A stretch of 29,523 nt of DNA, from IMG/VR virus record IMGVR_UViG_3300043908_001268, positions 1 through 29,523 of that record; one strand, 5' to 3'. Source of the stretch: a virus (taxonomy: Duplodnaviria > Caudoviricetes). Positions 1 to 8,543 of the stretch are shown here, piece by piece (within the stretch, counting starts at the first letter, position 1; each line of letters starts with the position of its first letter). The notes below the pieces were generated by a model. It was not told where the DNA came from, ran no database searches, and saw only the letters and a program-made list of their open reading frames with translations. The position numbers were made by a program, and so were the translations under genes.

Positions 1-3
1 AAA

Positions 4-129
4 TATCTCAAAGAAGAAAAAGGAGTTTGCAACCATAGATGATATTTGGAATGAAATCAAACTTATTACTGAAAGCACAAAATTTAGTATTGGTCAGCAA
101 CTATTCTATTTATTACCACTATTTGCAAA
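4..129. repeat. Terminal direct repeat, left copy (126 bp), identical to 29398-29523
   Basis: Exact match TATCTCAAAG...TTTGCAAA at both ends. The three preceding bases differ (AAA vs CCC). Typical of an assembly circularisation overlap. Confidence 0.95.
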
Positions 130-328
130 TCCTATTTATATTCTTAATGATGGATATTTTAACCTAATAAATGAATATCATTATGTTACTGAATATAATA
201 TTCCATTAGGTAATAATTTAGATGATACAGATGCAGATAAATTAGTAATGTTTAACATTATAAAAAATGAAATAGGACTTGCATTAAAACACAAAGCTGA
301 GAAAAAAAATGGCAACTCAAAAAGTTAA
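4..328 (+). CDS. C-terminal part of the frameshifted tail assembly chaperone (gpGT-like), continuing across the junction from 29300
   Basis: Manually translated open frame ...ISKKKKEFATIDDIWNEIK...HKAEKKNGNSKS, stop TAA 326-328. Lies directly upstream of the tape measure gene. Confidence 0.75.
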
Positions 329-2069
329 TATAGATATACAAACAAAGGGAGCAAAGAAAAGTAAGGAAGAACTTTCTGGATTAAATAGTGCGATTAGTAA
401 AGTAGGTAAAGCTGCTGGAATTGCATCTGCTGCTTACTTTGGAGCAAAGGGATTAATTAGTGCGTTTTCATCTGTTATAGAGGCATCTGCTAGGCAAGAA
501 GCGGCAGAAAAAGCCTTAGAAGTTGCATTAGGTAGAACTTCACAATCTTTATTAAACCAAGCCTCTGCCTTACAGCAAGTTACAACCGCTGGAGATGAAT
601 CAATAATAGAGCAACAAGCTTTCCTTGCTTCTTTAAAATTCACAGAGGATCAAATAAAAACTATTATACCAGTTGCATTAGATTTATCAGCAGCAACAGG
701 GATTAGTTTAGAATCTGCTGTAAGAAACACAAGTAAAACTTTTTCTGGATTAGCTGGTGAACTTGGTGAACTTGTACCACAATTAAGAGATTTAACACAA
801 GAAGAAATGAAGGCTGGAAAAGCAGTTGAAGTTCTTGGAAACTTATTTGAAGGACAAGCCTCTAAACAAACTGAAACATTAGCCGGATCAATTCAACAAA
901 TGTCTAATGCTGTTGGAGATGCAGCAGAATCAATAGGAAGTTTACTAGCCCCAACAGTAATAAGAGTTGCAGATGGTATAAAATTTTTAGCAGAAGGAGT
1001 AGGAACTTTAATATCAAGATTTAAAGATTTTGGAAAAGAGGTTGATATTTTAATTGAAGGTCCAAATTTAGCAAAAATTCAAATAGATAATTTTAGAGAA
1101 TCAATAAAAAATTTATCTGTTGTAGAAATAGAACAAATGTTAAACGCTTTAAATAAGCAAAATAGTGCTTTGACTATGGTTGCAACCGCAACTAAATCTG
1201 TGATGACAATGGGTACTTTACAAGCTGAATCAGATCAAGTACAAATTGAAAAAGCAGAAATATTATTTGAAAGACATAAAGAACTTATAAGTCAACAAGG
1301 TTTATCAAAAGAAATGAAAACAGATCTTATTGATTTACAGCAAAGAGAAATTGATACGACTCAAGAATTTATAAATCATCTTGATTCATTAACAGCTAAA
1401 GAGAAAATGTCTAATGAAGAAAGATTAGCAAATAGAAGGCAATTTAGTGAACTAATGAGTCAAATGTTTGCATCTGATTTTGATAGCCAAAGATTAAATT
1501 TAGGAAAACAAATAACAGCTTTCAGAGAGGCTGGGGTTTTAGAGGCTGATATAGCAAGATTTACAGCAGAGCAAAAGAAACAAATAAGGGTTAATGAAAT
1601 AGAATTTCAAGCTAGTTCTATATCTCAACTTATAGGGGGATTAGGTCAATTAAATGAAGCTAGTGCTGGATCAGCTAAAGTAAATGCTAGACTTGCACAA
1701 GTTCAAGCAATTATTGATACTTACGCCGGAGCAAATAAAGCATTTGCACAGGGTGGGGTTTTTGGCTTTGCTACTGGTGCAGCAATAATAGCATCTGGAT
1801 TAGCAAATGTTTTAACTATCTCCAGAAATATAGGTGATTTAGAAAAGTTTAATACTGGTGGGATAGTTCCGGGTACAGGGAATACAGATTCAGTTCCGGC
1901 TTTACTTACTCCGGGAGAAGTTATTTTAAATCAAGCACAGCAACAAAATGTAGCACAAGGATTAGGCGGTGGTATAAATATAGAGATAAATGCCCCTCTT
2001 GTAGATGAAACTGTAATTGATACAATAATACCAGCTATACAAAAAGCACAAAAGTTAAATCTTGCCTAA
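309..2069 (+). CDS. Tail tape measure protein
   Basis: 586 aa, Ala/Leu/Ser-rich and helical. C-terminal FNTGGIVPG..DSVPALLTPGEVILN motif is typical of TMPs. Follows tube and chaperone genes on the circle. Confidence 0.9.
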   Translation: MATQKVNIDIQTKGAKKSKEELSGLNSAISKVGKAAGIASAAYFGAKGLISAFSSVIEASARQEAAEKALEVALGRTSQSLLNQASALQQVTTAGDESIIEQQAFLASLKFTEDQIKTIIPVALDLSAATGISLESAVRNTSKTFSGLAGELGELVPQLRDLTQEEMKAGKAVEVLGNLFEGQASKQTETLAGSIQQMSNAVGDAAESIGSLLAPTVIRVADGIKFLAEGVGTLISRFKDFGKEVDILIEGPNLAKIQIDNFRESIKNLSVVEIEQMLNALNKQNSALTMVATATKSVMTMGTLQAESDQVQIEKAEILFERHKELISQQGLSKEMKTDLIDLQQREIDTTQEFINHLDSLTAKEKMSNEERLANRRQFSELMSQMFASDFDSQRLNLGKQITAFREAGVLEADIARFTAEQKKQIRVNEIEFQASSISQLIGGLGQLNEASAGSAKVNARLAQVQAIIDTYAGANKAFAQGGVFGFATGAAIIASGLANVLTISRNIGDLEKFNTGGIVPGTGNTDSVPALLTPGEVILNQAQQQNVAQGLGGGINIEINAPLVDETVIDTIIPAIQKAQKLNLA

Positions 2070-4585
2070 TGCCATTTACTTCTGATATAAAAAAATCTAA
2101 TATAAAAGAAAACTGGCTTTTTGAATTAGAGTATTATAATGGAGATACTGGTGGAGATGGTGGCGGTGGTTTTGGTCAAATATTTTTAAGTAATGGAACA
2201 ACAGCATTATTAACAGCAGAAGCCTTAGATACATCTGAAACAACTATAACACTTGATACAAATACAATGTTTGAAATCGGTGATTTTATAAAAATTGATA
2301 GTGAAATAATGGAAGTAACTTCTGTAATAGTTGGAGAAAGTTCAAGCGTAGATATAACAGTAATAAGAGGAGCATTAAACACTACAGCAGCAACTCATAA
2401 TAATAATAGTACAGTTTTTTGGAATAATTATTTGGGGTTAGCTTTTTCTGATATTGTTTATAATAAAAGATTATACAAGGGGGCAGTATTAAATAATCCA
2501 TCTTTAAGAGAAAGCATTGACTTATATTCTTCAACCTCAAAGAGATCAAACATATCTATTCAGATACCAGATTTTGAATTTAAAGGCTTACCAATTAGCC
2601 AAGAATTAAATAAAACTCATCAATATATAAATAGGACTTGTTCAATTTATTCTATTGTAAATGATTCAGCTAGGGTTAAGATCGGATCATTTAGAGTTTC
2701 ATCAATATCAACAAATGGCAAAACAATAAATATTAATATGGCTACCTTTCAGCCTTGGGATAATTTAAAAGTTCCAAATGTAAAGGTCGAAACTACTGGA
2801 AGATATTTTCCCCTAGTTTATGGAGATTATACTGGTGTAGCTAGTTCTTTTGCATCTCCAGCATATATTGATACAATGCCAAATACTTTGTTCCCTGTTG
2901 AAGTGGATTCAACTTCATTTTATTTCTTTTGCCCTATTCACGAAGATATAGGTTCAACTGGTACACGATTAAGAGTTTATGAAAATGGATTTAATAAATT
3001 TACACCATTAGAAGTAAAGTTTGATGCAGAAAGTTATCGAGGTGGATTTGCATTAAAAGCAGAAACAAATCTAAGAAGAAGTTTTAAATTTAAACCTATC
3101 GGAACAATATCAACTGATTTTGTAAACCCAACAAATATATTTGATGCAACTGTAGATCATGGTGATAGTAATTCTTTTGGTACTTTGAACTTTGGGAGTG
3201 TAGGATCAACAACAACAAATTCATCTGATAATACTCAACCGATTGTATTAAATAAAGATACAACTTTTGAAATACCAGCTTTTGATGATCCGCCAGATAA
3301 AACTTCTACATCTGATAATCATGGATTGACTTTTGAGATTGTATGGAATATGATAAATTTTTTTGCTGAAACAACTGATCCAAATGAGTTTCAATATAAT
3401 AGAGTAACAGCTATTGATTTATCTGTGCCGGGATCAGAAACAACACTTACAAATGGATTATATACATCAGATTCTTCTGCATCTCAATCAGCACCGGGAG
3501 AAACAACAACAACAAGGACATCCTCTAAAGATATGGCTACGCTTTACAGTTCAAGCGGTGGATTTCCAGATGGTATAAAACTTAGATATAAAAGGGAAGC
3601 GTTTTCAACATCTGGATCAACTGATGTATCAATTCACCATGATACTGATGCAAATGTTTTAAAATTATATGATTTTAGATTTAAAGCAACTTTTGCAGTT
3701 GATAGATTTAATTTAGTATCTGATGGTAATGAAAGGATTAAAAATGTAAAATACCTATATTCTAATTCAGATGGATTTCAGCATGGCATTACAGGATTAT
3801 CTGGAACAGCAGATTCTATAAATGATGCTCACTTAGATTTATTAAATAGATTTTGCGATTTAGATGTCCCAACAAATCCCAATACAGATTTAGAAGGTTG
3901 GAGTGCTTTGCATACAGTTAGGAATAATTGGTATCTTCGTTGGTGGTGTCATAGCCCAAAAGATTTAGGAAATATATTAGAACAGATGCAGTTTGAAGGA
4001 TGTTTTATTTTTAGATACAGATATGATGGTGAGCCTCAATATATCCATATACCTAATTCACCTAGTTCTGTTCTACAACTAAGCAAGAATGATATAAGTG
4101 ATATTAATTTATATTTATCTGATCCAAATGATATAGTCACAAAGATGAGCGTAAACTTTGACGTTCATCCAGAATTAAGAACATATCAATTTAATGTTAC
4201 ATCTTCAAACACTAATTCAATTACAAAGTATAATATTCAATCAAAAGAGAATGTTAGAAATATAGATTTAGATATGTTAGTTGCACAAATTGGAGATAGC
4301 AACCCAGTAGGTGAAGATAAGAACGATAATTTTTTAGCTTATCAAAATGCTCTATTTGGCGATATTTTTTTGAATGTAGAGTTTGATATAGTTAATCCAA
4401 GTAAGTGGGTAGATTCAAGCCTTAACCCCATAGAAGTTGGTGATATAATAGATTTTGATAATAGTAATATGTTTCCAGAAACTCCAATGGGATTTAACAA
4501 TGCAAGTTGGAGCAGTTTAAATTTTGTTATTTTAGAAATGAAAAGAACAGTAGGAAAGGTATCAGTTAAAGCAAGGAGTGTTTGA
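2069..4585 (+). CDS. Tail tip / baseplate-hub-like structural protein
   Basis: 838 aa, Ser/Thr/Asp-rich, immediately after the TMP; call rests on synteny. Confidence 0.6.
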   Translation: MPFTSDIKKSNIKENWLFELEYYNGDTGGDGGGGFGQIFLSNGTTALLTAEALDTSETTITLDTNTMFEIGDFIKIDSEIMEVTSVIVGESSSVDITVIRGALNTTAATHNNNSTVFWNNYLGLAFSDIVYNKRLYKGAVLNNPSLRESIDLYSSTSKRSNISIQIPDFEFKGLPISQELNKTHQYINRTCSIYSIVNDSARVKIGSFRVSSISTNGKTININMATFQPWDNLKVPNVKVETTGRYFPLVYGDYTGVASSFASPAYIDTMPNTLFPVEVDSTSFYFFCPIHEDIGSTGTRLRVYENGFNKFTPLEVKFDAESYRGGFALKAETNLRRSFKFKPIGTISTDFVNPTNIFDATVDHGDSNSFGTLNFGSVGSTTTNSSDNTQPIVLNKDTTFEIPAFDDPPDKTSTSDNHGLTFEIVWNMINFFAETTDPNEFQYNRVTAIDLSVPGSETTLTNGLYTSDSSASQSAPGETTTTRTSSKDMATLYSSSGGFPDGIKLRYKREAFSTSGSTDVSIHHDTDANVLKLYDFRFKATFAVDRFNLVSDGNERIKNVKYLYSNSDGFQHGITGLSGTADSINDAHLDLLNRFCDLDVPTNPNTDLEGWSALHTVRNNWYLRWWCHSPKDLGNILEQMQFEGCFIFRYRYDGEPQYIHIPNSPSSVLQLSKNDISDINLYLSDPNDIVTKMSVNFDVHPELRTYQFNVTSSNTNSITKYNIQSKENVRNIDLDMLVAQIGDSNPVGEDKNDNFLAYQNALFGDIFLNVEFDIVNPSKWVDSSLNPIEVGDIIDFDNSNMFPETPMGFNNASWSSLNFVILEMKRTVGKVSVKARSV

Positions 4586-5619
4586 TGGCAAATAATGATG
4601 TAAAAATACCAAAATTCTATCCAGATATAATAAATCATTTAATGGCTACTGGTACTGCTCAAGATGGTAATTTTGATTTAATGAGTGGAACAGATTTAAT
4701 AAGTTCTTTAAATGCTGGAAGTGAAGCAGAGTTGTTTGATATGAACCCACTCAATCAAGTTCATTTTGAAACTTCTGCTAGTTCTTCAATTAGAGCAGAT
4801 CATGTTCTTTTAAACATAAATACAGGCGGAGATTATACAATAGATTTTGTTGCAATATTAAATCATAATCTTAATAGCTGTAATGGCAAATTTAGAATAG
4901 CCCATGCTGCAACTGCTGGAGCGATAGATAGCGTAGCAGAAATGGAAGATGGAACTGCAACAAGAGTAAATAATGTAACAGAAGTAGTAAATGGTGATAG
5001 TATAAGTAATAATATAGTGATCCCAGCAGAAAATGGGTCAACCATTGTAACTTTTGATGCAAATGATGCTCAATACTGGGGTATTCAATTTGAAGGGAAT
5101 ACAAGTTTTGACTCTTCAAATGATTTAAAAATAGGTTGTGTTTTGCTTGGTGAATCTTATCAATTACCTCATGCTGATTTAAATGTAAAAAGAACAATAG
5201 TCTATGATGGTGTGAATTTACAGGAATCTCTAGGCGGTCAAAGATATACAGTATCAACTCAAACTGGTAAACAATTTGTAAACTCTAATTCAAAATCACC
5301 ATTTGTTAGGGCAACAAATCAAGCCAGAGTTTATAACGGTAGATTAGGATATGAGTTTTCTGCATCTTATCTAAATTCTAGTGATGTTATGCCTCCAGAT
5401 TATTCTCAAGTTGTAGCGAATGAAACAACAGATAGCGTTGTTGCTGATCTTTATAATAGAACATTAGGAAACAGAATACCCTTCTGTTTTACTACTGATT
5501 CAACAAGTACAAGTGAAGCAGATTATATATTTGCAAGATTTGTAGAAAATAGCATCGAAATGACTCAAGTCGCTTATACAATGTATAATGTATCTTTTAA
5601 AATAGAAGAAGAGTATTAA
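4585..5619 (+). CDS. Tail-tip (distal-tail-like) structural protein
   Basis: About 344 aa from the ATG at 4585, which overlaps the upstream TGA. Beta-rich, ends YNVSFKIEEEY like distal-tail-type proteins. Last gene of the tail cluster. Confidence 0.55.
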   Translation: MANNDVKIPKFYPDIINHLMATGTAQDGNFDLMSGTDLISSLNAGSEAELFDMNPLNQVHFETSASSSIRADHVLLNINTGGDYTIDFVAILNHNLNSCNGKFRIAHAATAGAIDSVAEMEDGTATRVNNVTEVVNGDSISNNIVIPAENGSTIVTFDANDAQYWGIQFEGNTSFDSSNDLKIGCVLLGESYQLPHADLNVKRTIVYDGVNLQESLGGQRYTVSTQTGKQFVNSNSKSPFVRATNQARVYNGRLGYEFSASYLNSSDVMPPDYSQVVANETTDSVVADLYNRTLGNRIPFCFTTDSTSTSEADYIFARFVENSIEMTQVAYTMYNVSFKIEEEY

Positions 5620-5663
5620 GGGGCATACTAGCCCCTTATAAGAGGCTAAATAACAAGTACAAG
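5617..5663. repeat. Inverted-repeat element and degenerate copy of the putative origin at 9468-9517; may also end late transcription
   Basis: TAAGGGGC-atacta-GCCCCTTA perfect 8-bp stem, then AGAGGCTAAA and AACAAGTACAAG. Aligns to 9468-9517. Confidence 0.75.
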
Positions 5664-5715
5664 TATAAGTTTTTATATATTATATATATGTGAAAAAATA
5701 AATTTAAAAAACTCT

Positions 5716-5743
5716 TTGACATTTAATATTTTGTGTTTATACT
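5716..5743 (+). promoter_or_regulatory. Sigma70-type early promoter
   Basis: TTGACA (5716-5721), 16-bp spacer, TATACT (5738-5743), A/T-rich upstream tract. Confidence 0.75.
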
Positions 5744-5777
5744 TAGGGGAGATGATAGATAACTTAAACAACAAATT

Positions 5778-5836
5778 TAGCGATACCTCGGTGATAAGCC
5801 TACCATACCTATCATCTCCAACCGGGGTATCTGCTA
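5778..5836 (+). ncRNA. Putative structured regulatory RNA (antisense or switch RNA) in the early leader
   Basis: TAGC-GATACCTCGGT (5778-5792) pairs with ACCGGGGTATC-T-GCTA (5821-5836). The 28-nt loop contains CTATCATCTCCA, complementary to GGAGATGATA sites elsewhere. Confidence 0.6.
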
Positions 5837-5853
5837 CTAATGGAGATGATAAA

Positions 5854-6111
5854 ATGAAAATTACAGTAAATATAAATACAAATTGTGAATTTATACAAAA
5901 TGGAGTTTATGATGATTCAGGTAACTTTATAGTTGATGAGACTAGACCATTAGATTTATATGAATTAGATCTTTTAATGGATCAAGTAAAACAATCTGTC
6001 ATTGAACTTGCAAGCACTAAATTTGATTATAACAACGCATTAAGAGCATCAAATGGTGAGTTAGTTGGTAATGTAAAAATACAATCTAAAAAGTTATTAG
6101 GAGGCAAGTAA
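5854..6111 (+). CDS. Hypothetical early protein (first gene of the early operon)
   Basis: ATG 5854 follows the GGAG SD at 5842-5845. The track's TTG start at 5716 is the -35 box. Confidence 0.7.
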   Translation: MKITVNINTNCEFIQNGVYDDSGNFIVDETRPLDLYELDLLMDQVKQSVIELASTKFDYNNALRASNGELVGNVKIQSKKLLGGK

Positions 6112-6401
6112 TGGAAAGTAAATTACAATTTAAAACAAAAGTAGTTCCTAAATATGATAGACAAGATTTTTGGTTTCCTTGTTATACAGCTTGGGATTAT
6201 GATAAAGATATTGATATTGTAATATCAAAACTGCATGGAACTTGGAGAGTTGGAATTTATAGAGAAAATATTGATTGGCAACCTCACCCAGATAGAGGTG
6301 GATATGTTGGAGCATTTAAGACTTTATCAAAGGCAAAAGAAATAATTAATGATGTTTTAACAAATAGCGATTTAAATTATTATTTAAAAGGGGGCAAGTA
6401 A
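6111..6401 (+). CDS. Hypothetical early protein
   Basis: 96 aa, GGAGG SD, TAATG coupling at both ends, flanked by GGCAAGTAATGG repeats. Confidence 0.75.
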   Translation: MESKLQFKTKVVPKYDRQDFWFPCYTAWDYDKDIDIVISKLHGTWRVGIYRENIDWQPHPDRGGYVGAFKTLSKAKEIINDVLTNSDLNYYLKGGK

Positions 6402-6511
6402 TGGGTAAGATAAAAAACCTAGTAATTGAATTAGGTGAATATGGTGCTAAGAAATATCTAGAAGAAATTAGGGAACAAATTAAGAGGAAGAAAAAAAATG
6501 GAAAAAAATGA
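6401..6511 (+). CDS. Small hypothetical protein (36 aa, MGKIKNLVIELGEYG...)
   Basis: Manually found; TAATG coupling and G-rich SD; fills the gap between genes. Confidence 0.6.
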   Translation: MGKIKNLVIELGEYGAKKYLEEIREQIKRKKKNGKK

Positions 6512-6773
6512 TTTATTTGAAAGGTATGAAAGTTTTCTTTATTATCTTATGAAAAAAACAGAATATGAAAAAGATAAAAACTTAAATGAAGATAAGTATA
6601 TAATTAAATTACTCACCCTTAGAAATAGTATCCTTAGAGAAATAAATATGTTAAATATATATAATGAAACTGAAAATGCTAAAAAAAATATTTGTGAAAA
6701 TTGCAACAATGAAAATTTAATTCAATATTGCAACAGTTGTAGTGATGAGGATATAGTAAGGGAATTAAACTGA
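6498..6773 (+). CDS. Hypothetical protein with C-terminal Cys cluster
   Basis: CENC...CNSC Zn-ribbon-like motif; GAGG SD. Confidence 0.65.
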   Translation: MEKNDLFERYESFLYYLMKKTEYEKDKNLNEDKYIIKLLTLRNSILREINMLNIYNETENAKKNICENCNNENLIQYCNSCSDEDIVRELN

Positions 6774-6907
6774 TGAAAGTACCAAAAACAATAATACTAG
6801 AAAAGCCAGAAAATATGAGTACAGTACGATTCAAACTTATAACAGAAAGGATCGTAAAAGACCTAGAAGAATTGGGAGTTAAAGTTGAAAGATCAAGTAC
6901 CTCATAA
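6773..6907 (+). CDS. Small hypothetical protein (44 aa, MKVPKTIILEKP...)
   Basis: Manually found; TGATG coupling; AAGGGA SD. Confidence 0.6.
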   Translation: MKVPKTIILEKPENMSTVRFKLITERIVKDLEELGVKVERSSTS

Positions 6908-7130
6908 CTTCCCTTATCATGCAGAAATAAGGTATGAATCTGAAAGAGGGTTTAACTATGTTTCTGCATTAGGGGAATCATTAATAGATTTAATTGAAGA
7001 TATTAAATTTCAGTTAAATAATTACGCTCATAGATTGCCAGAGTTAGAAGTAGTTTATGAATTGCCAAACACAAAAAGAAAAGATATTACTGACAAAGTA
7101 AGATCGTTATTAGGAGATGATAATGGATAA
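6885..7130 (+). CDS. Hypothetical protein
   Basis: 81 aa, TTG start with GGGAG SD. Confidence 0.65.
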   Translation: MKDQVPHNFPYHAEIRYESERGFNYVSALGESLIDLIEDIKFQLNNYAHRLPELEVVYELPNTKRKDITDKVRSLLGDDNG

Positions 7131-7242
7131 ATTAGAATTATGGCTAATGACATTTGTATTTTATTTTATTAAAGTTGCACCCTATATTGTAGTTGCAGCC
7201 TTAATGAATTTAATTATTCAGCTAATAATCTTTATTTATTAA
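7123..7242 (+). CDS. Small membrane protein (39 aa, MDKLELWLMTFVFYFIKVAPYIVVAALMNLIIQLIIFIY)
   Basis: Manually found; AGGAG SD within a GGAGATGATA motif; hydrophobic; TAATG coupling to the next gene. Confidence 0.65.
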   Translation: MDKLELWLMTFVFYFIKVAPYIVVAALMNLIIQLIIFIY

Positions 7243-7580
7243 TGTATAAAGCAGAAATAAATGAAATTTTTAGGCTTCTTAAAATGTCTATTAATACAAG
7301 TTTAAAAATATTAACTGAATTAAAAGAACTTCAAATAGCAATAAATACAGTATATGATGGAGTTGAGGATAGATTTACAAACAAGATTAAAAAGTATAAT
7401 AAAAAAAATAAAATTATGACTATTAAGGATGTTTGTAAATATTCGACTCTGTCAATGTCTACTATAAGAAGGGCAATTAAAACAAAAGAATTAAAATATA
7501 CTAGCGGTGGTGGAAAGTATTTATTTACAAAAAAATCAGTTGATAGCTGGTTAAGGGGGAGAAATGCAAGATACAAGTAG
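7242..7580 (+). CDS. Excisionase-type (HTH_17-like) DNA-binding protein
   Basis: MTIKDVCKYSTLSMSTIRRAIKTKELK...KYLFTKKSVDSWL pattern. Confidence 0.75.
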   Translation: MYKAEINEIFRLLKMSINTSLKILTELKELQIAINTVYDGVEDRFTNKIKKYNKKNKIMTIKDVCKYSTLSMSTIRRAIKTKELKYTSGGGKYLFTKKSVDSWLRGRNARYK

Positions 7581-7827
7581 ATTAGCATATAGGCAAATTC
7601 AAAGCGAAGGGATTGCAGCGACACAAAAAGAAATCATTTATAATCTTTGTATAGATTATCCAGATGGTTTGAGTTTAAGGGAAATAGTTAATAAAACAGA
7701 TATAGATATAAATGCGGTATCTGGGAGAGTGAACGATCTTAAAAAAGATGGTTTATTAACAACAATAGAAAAAAGAAAATGTAATATTACTGGCAGATTA
7801 ATCAATCCGGTTATTACATCAAATTAG
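7564..7827 (+). CDS. Winged-helix DNA-binding protein
   Basis: GLSLREI...INAVSGRVNDLKKDGL...RKCNITGR pattern of small phage wHTH proteins. Confidence 0.7.
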   Translation: MQDTSRLAYRQIQSEGIAATQKEIIYNLCIDYPDGLSLREIVNKTDIDINAVSGRVNDLKKDGLLTTIEKRKCNITGRLINPVITSN

Positions 7828-7837
7828 GGAGTCAATT

Positions 7838-8401
7838 ATGGCATTTTTGCAAATTAAAAAAGATTATCATTTAGATAAACCTCTTATAGTTCGATTGGAC
7901 CAAGATCCAATTGATGTAAGGGGTGAAAAAAATAGATTTGATAATCTTGAATTTAAAATACTAGCTACAAACTTAGGTGAAGATTATGATGCAGCACCTT
8001 ATGGAGACAAAGAACCTTTCACGATAAGAAAGGGAGATCAGTTTGATTTAGTTATGTCTAGCACCTTGCATAAAAAAATAAATGATTATGAGAAAGGTGA
8101 GGCGGTACATATTGAACTAACAAAACAAAATGAAAGATTATTTTGGAAGGTACAAGTCGCTGGTGATGTTTTAATTAAAGAACATAAAGAGAATCCTCCT
8201 AGTAAAGATAGATCATTAGATATTAAATGGGGAATGGCTTTTAATAATGCTACAAGGTTGGCTTGTTCTAGTAATATTAATAACTCTACAAAAGATAAGG
8301 TTGAATTAATTGCTGAAATAATGCCTAGAATGTTTCAGATCGCTTGTACAATGGAAACAGCTTTAAAAGACTCAAAAGAGGAAGAAGATGCTCCATTCTA
8401 A
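7838..8401 (+). CDS. Putative single-stranded DNA-binding protein
   Basis: Acidic C-terminal tail EEEDAPF resembles SSB tails; lies in the replication module. Confidence 0.45.
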   Translation: MAFLQIKKDYHLDKPLIVRLDQDPIDVRGEKNRFDNLEFKILATNLGEDYDAAPYGDKEPFTIRKGDQFDLVMSSTLHKKINDYEKGEAVHIELTKQNERLFWKVQVAGDVLIKEHKENPPSKDRSLDIKWGMAFNNATRLACSSNINNSTKDKVELIAEIMPRMFQIACTMETALKDSKEEEDAPF

Positions 8402-8543
8402 GTATAAATTAACACAAGCATATTTAATTAAATTTTATGATGATTTAGTTAAAAAGGGCAAAGTTAAAGAAGGCGGTTATGCTCACAAAAGACTCAAAGA
8501 ACTTGTATTAAAAAAACACTTTGAAAAAACATCAAAGAAATAA
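8388..8543 (+). CDS. Small hypothetical protein (51 aa, MLHSKYKLTQAYLIK...)
   Basis: Manually found; GAGG SD; fills the gap between genes. Confidence 0.55.
   Translation: MLHSKYKLTQAYLIKFYDDLVKKGKVKEGGYAHKRLKELVLKKHFEKTSKK

Noticed and set aside
4-129. Terminal repeat as a biological DTR or att site
   Set aside because: It falls mid-gene and has k-mer-like length, so it is most likely an assembly overlap. The first three bases (AAA) do not match and are likely an artefact.
5716-5853. TTG start at 5716 for the 131-aa ORF
   Set aside because: It coincides with the -35 box and lies upstream of the predicted transcription start.
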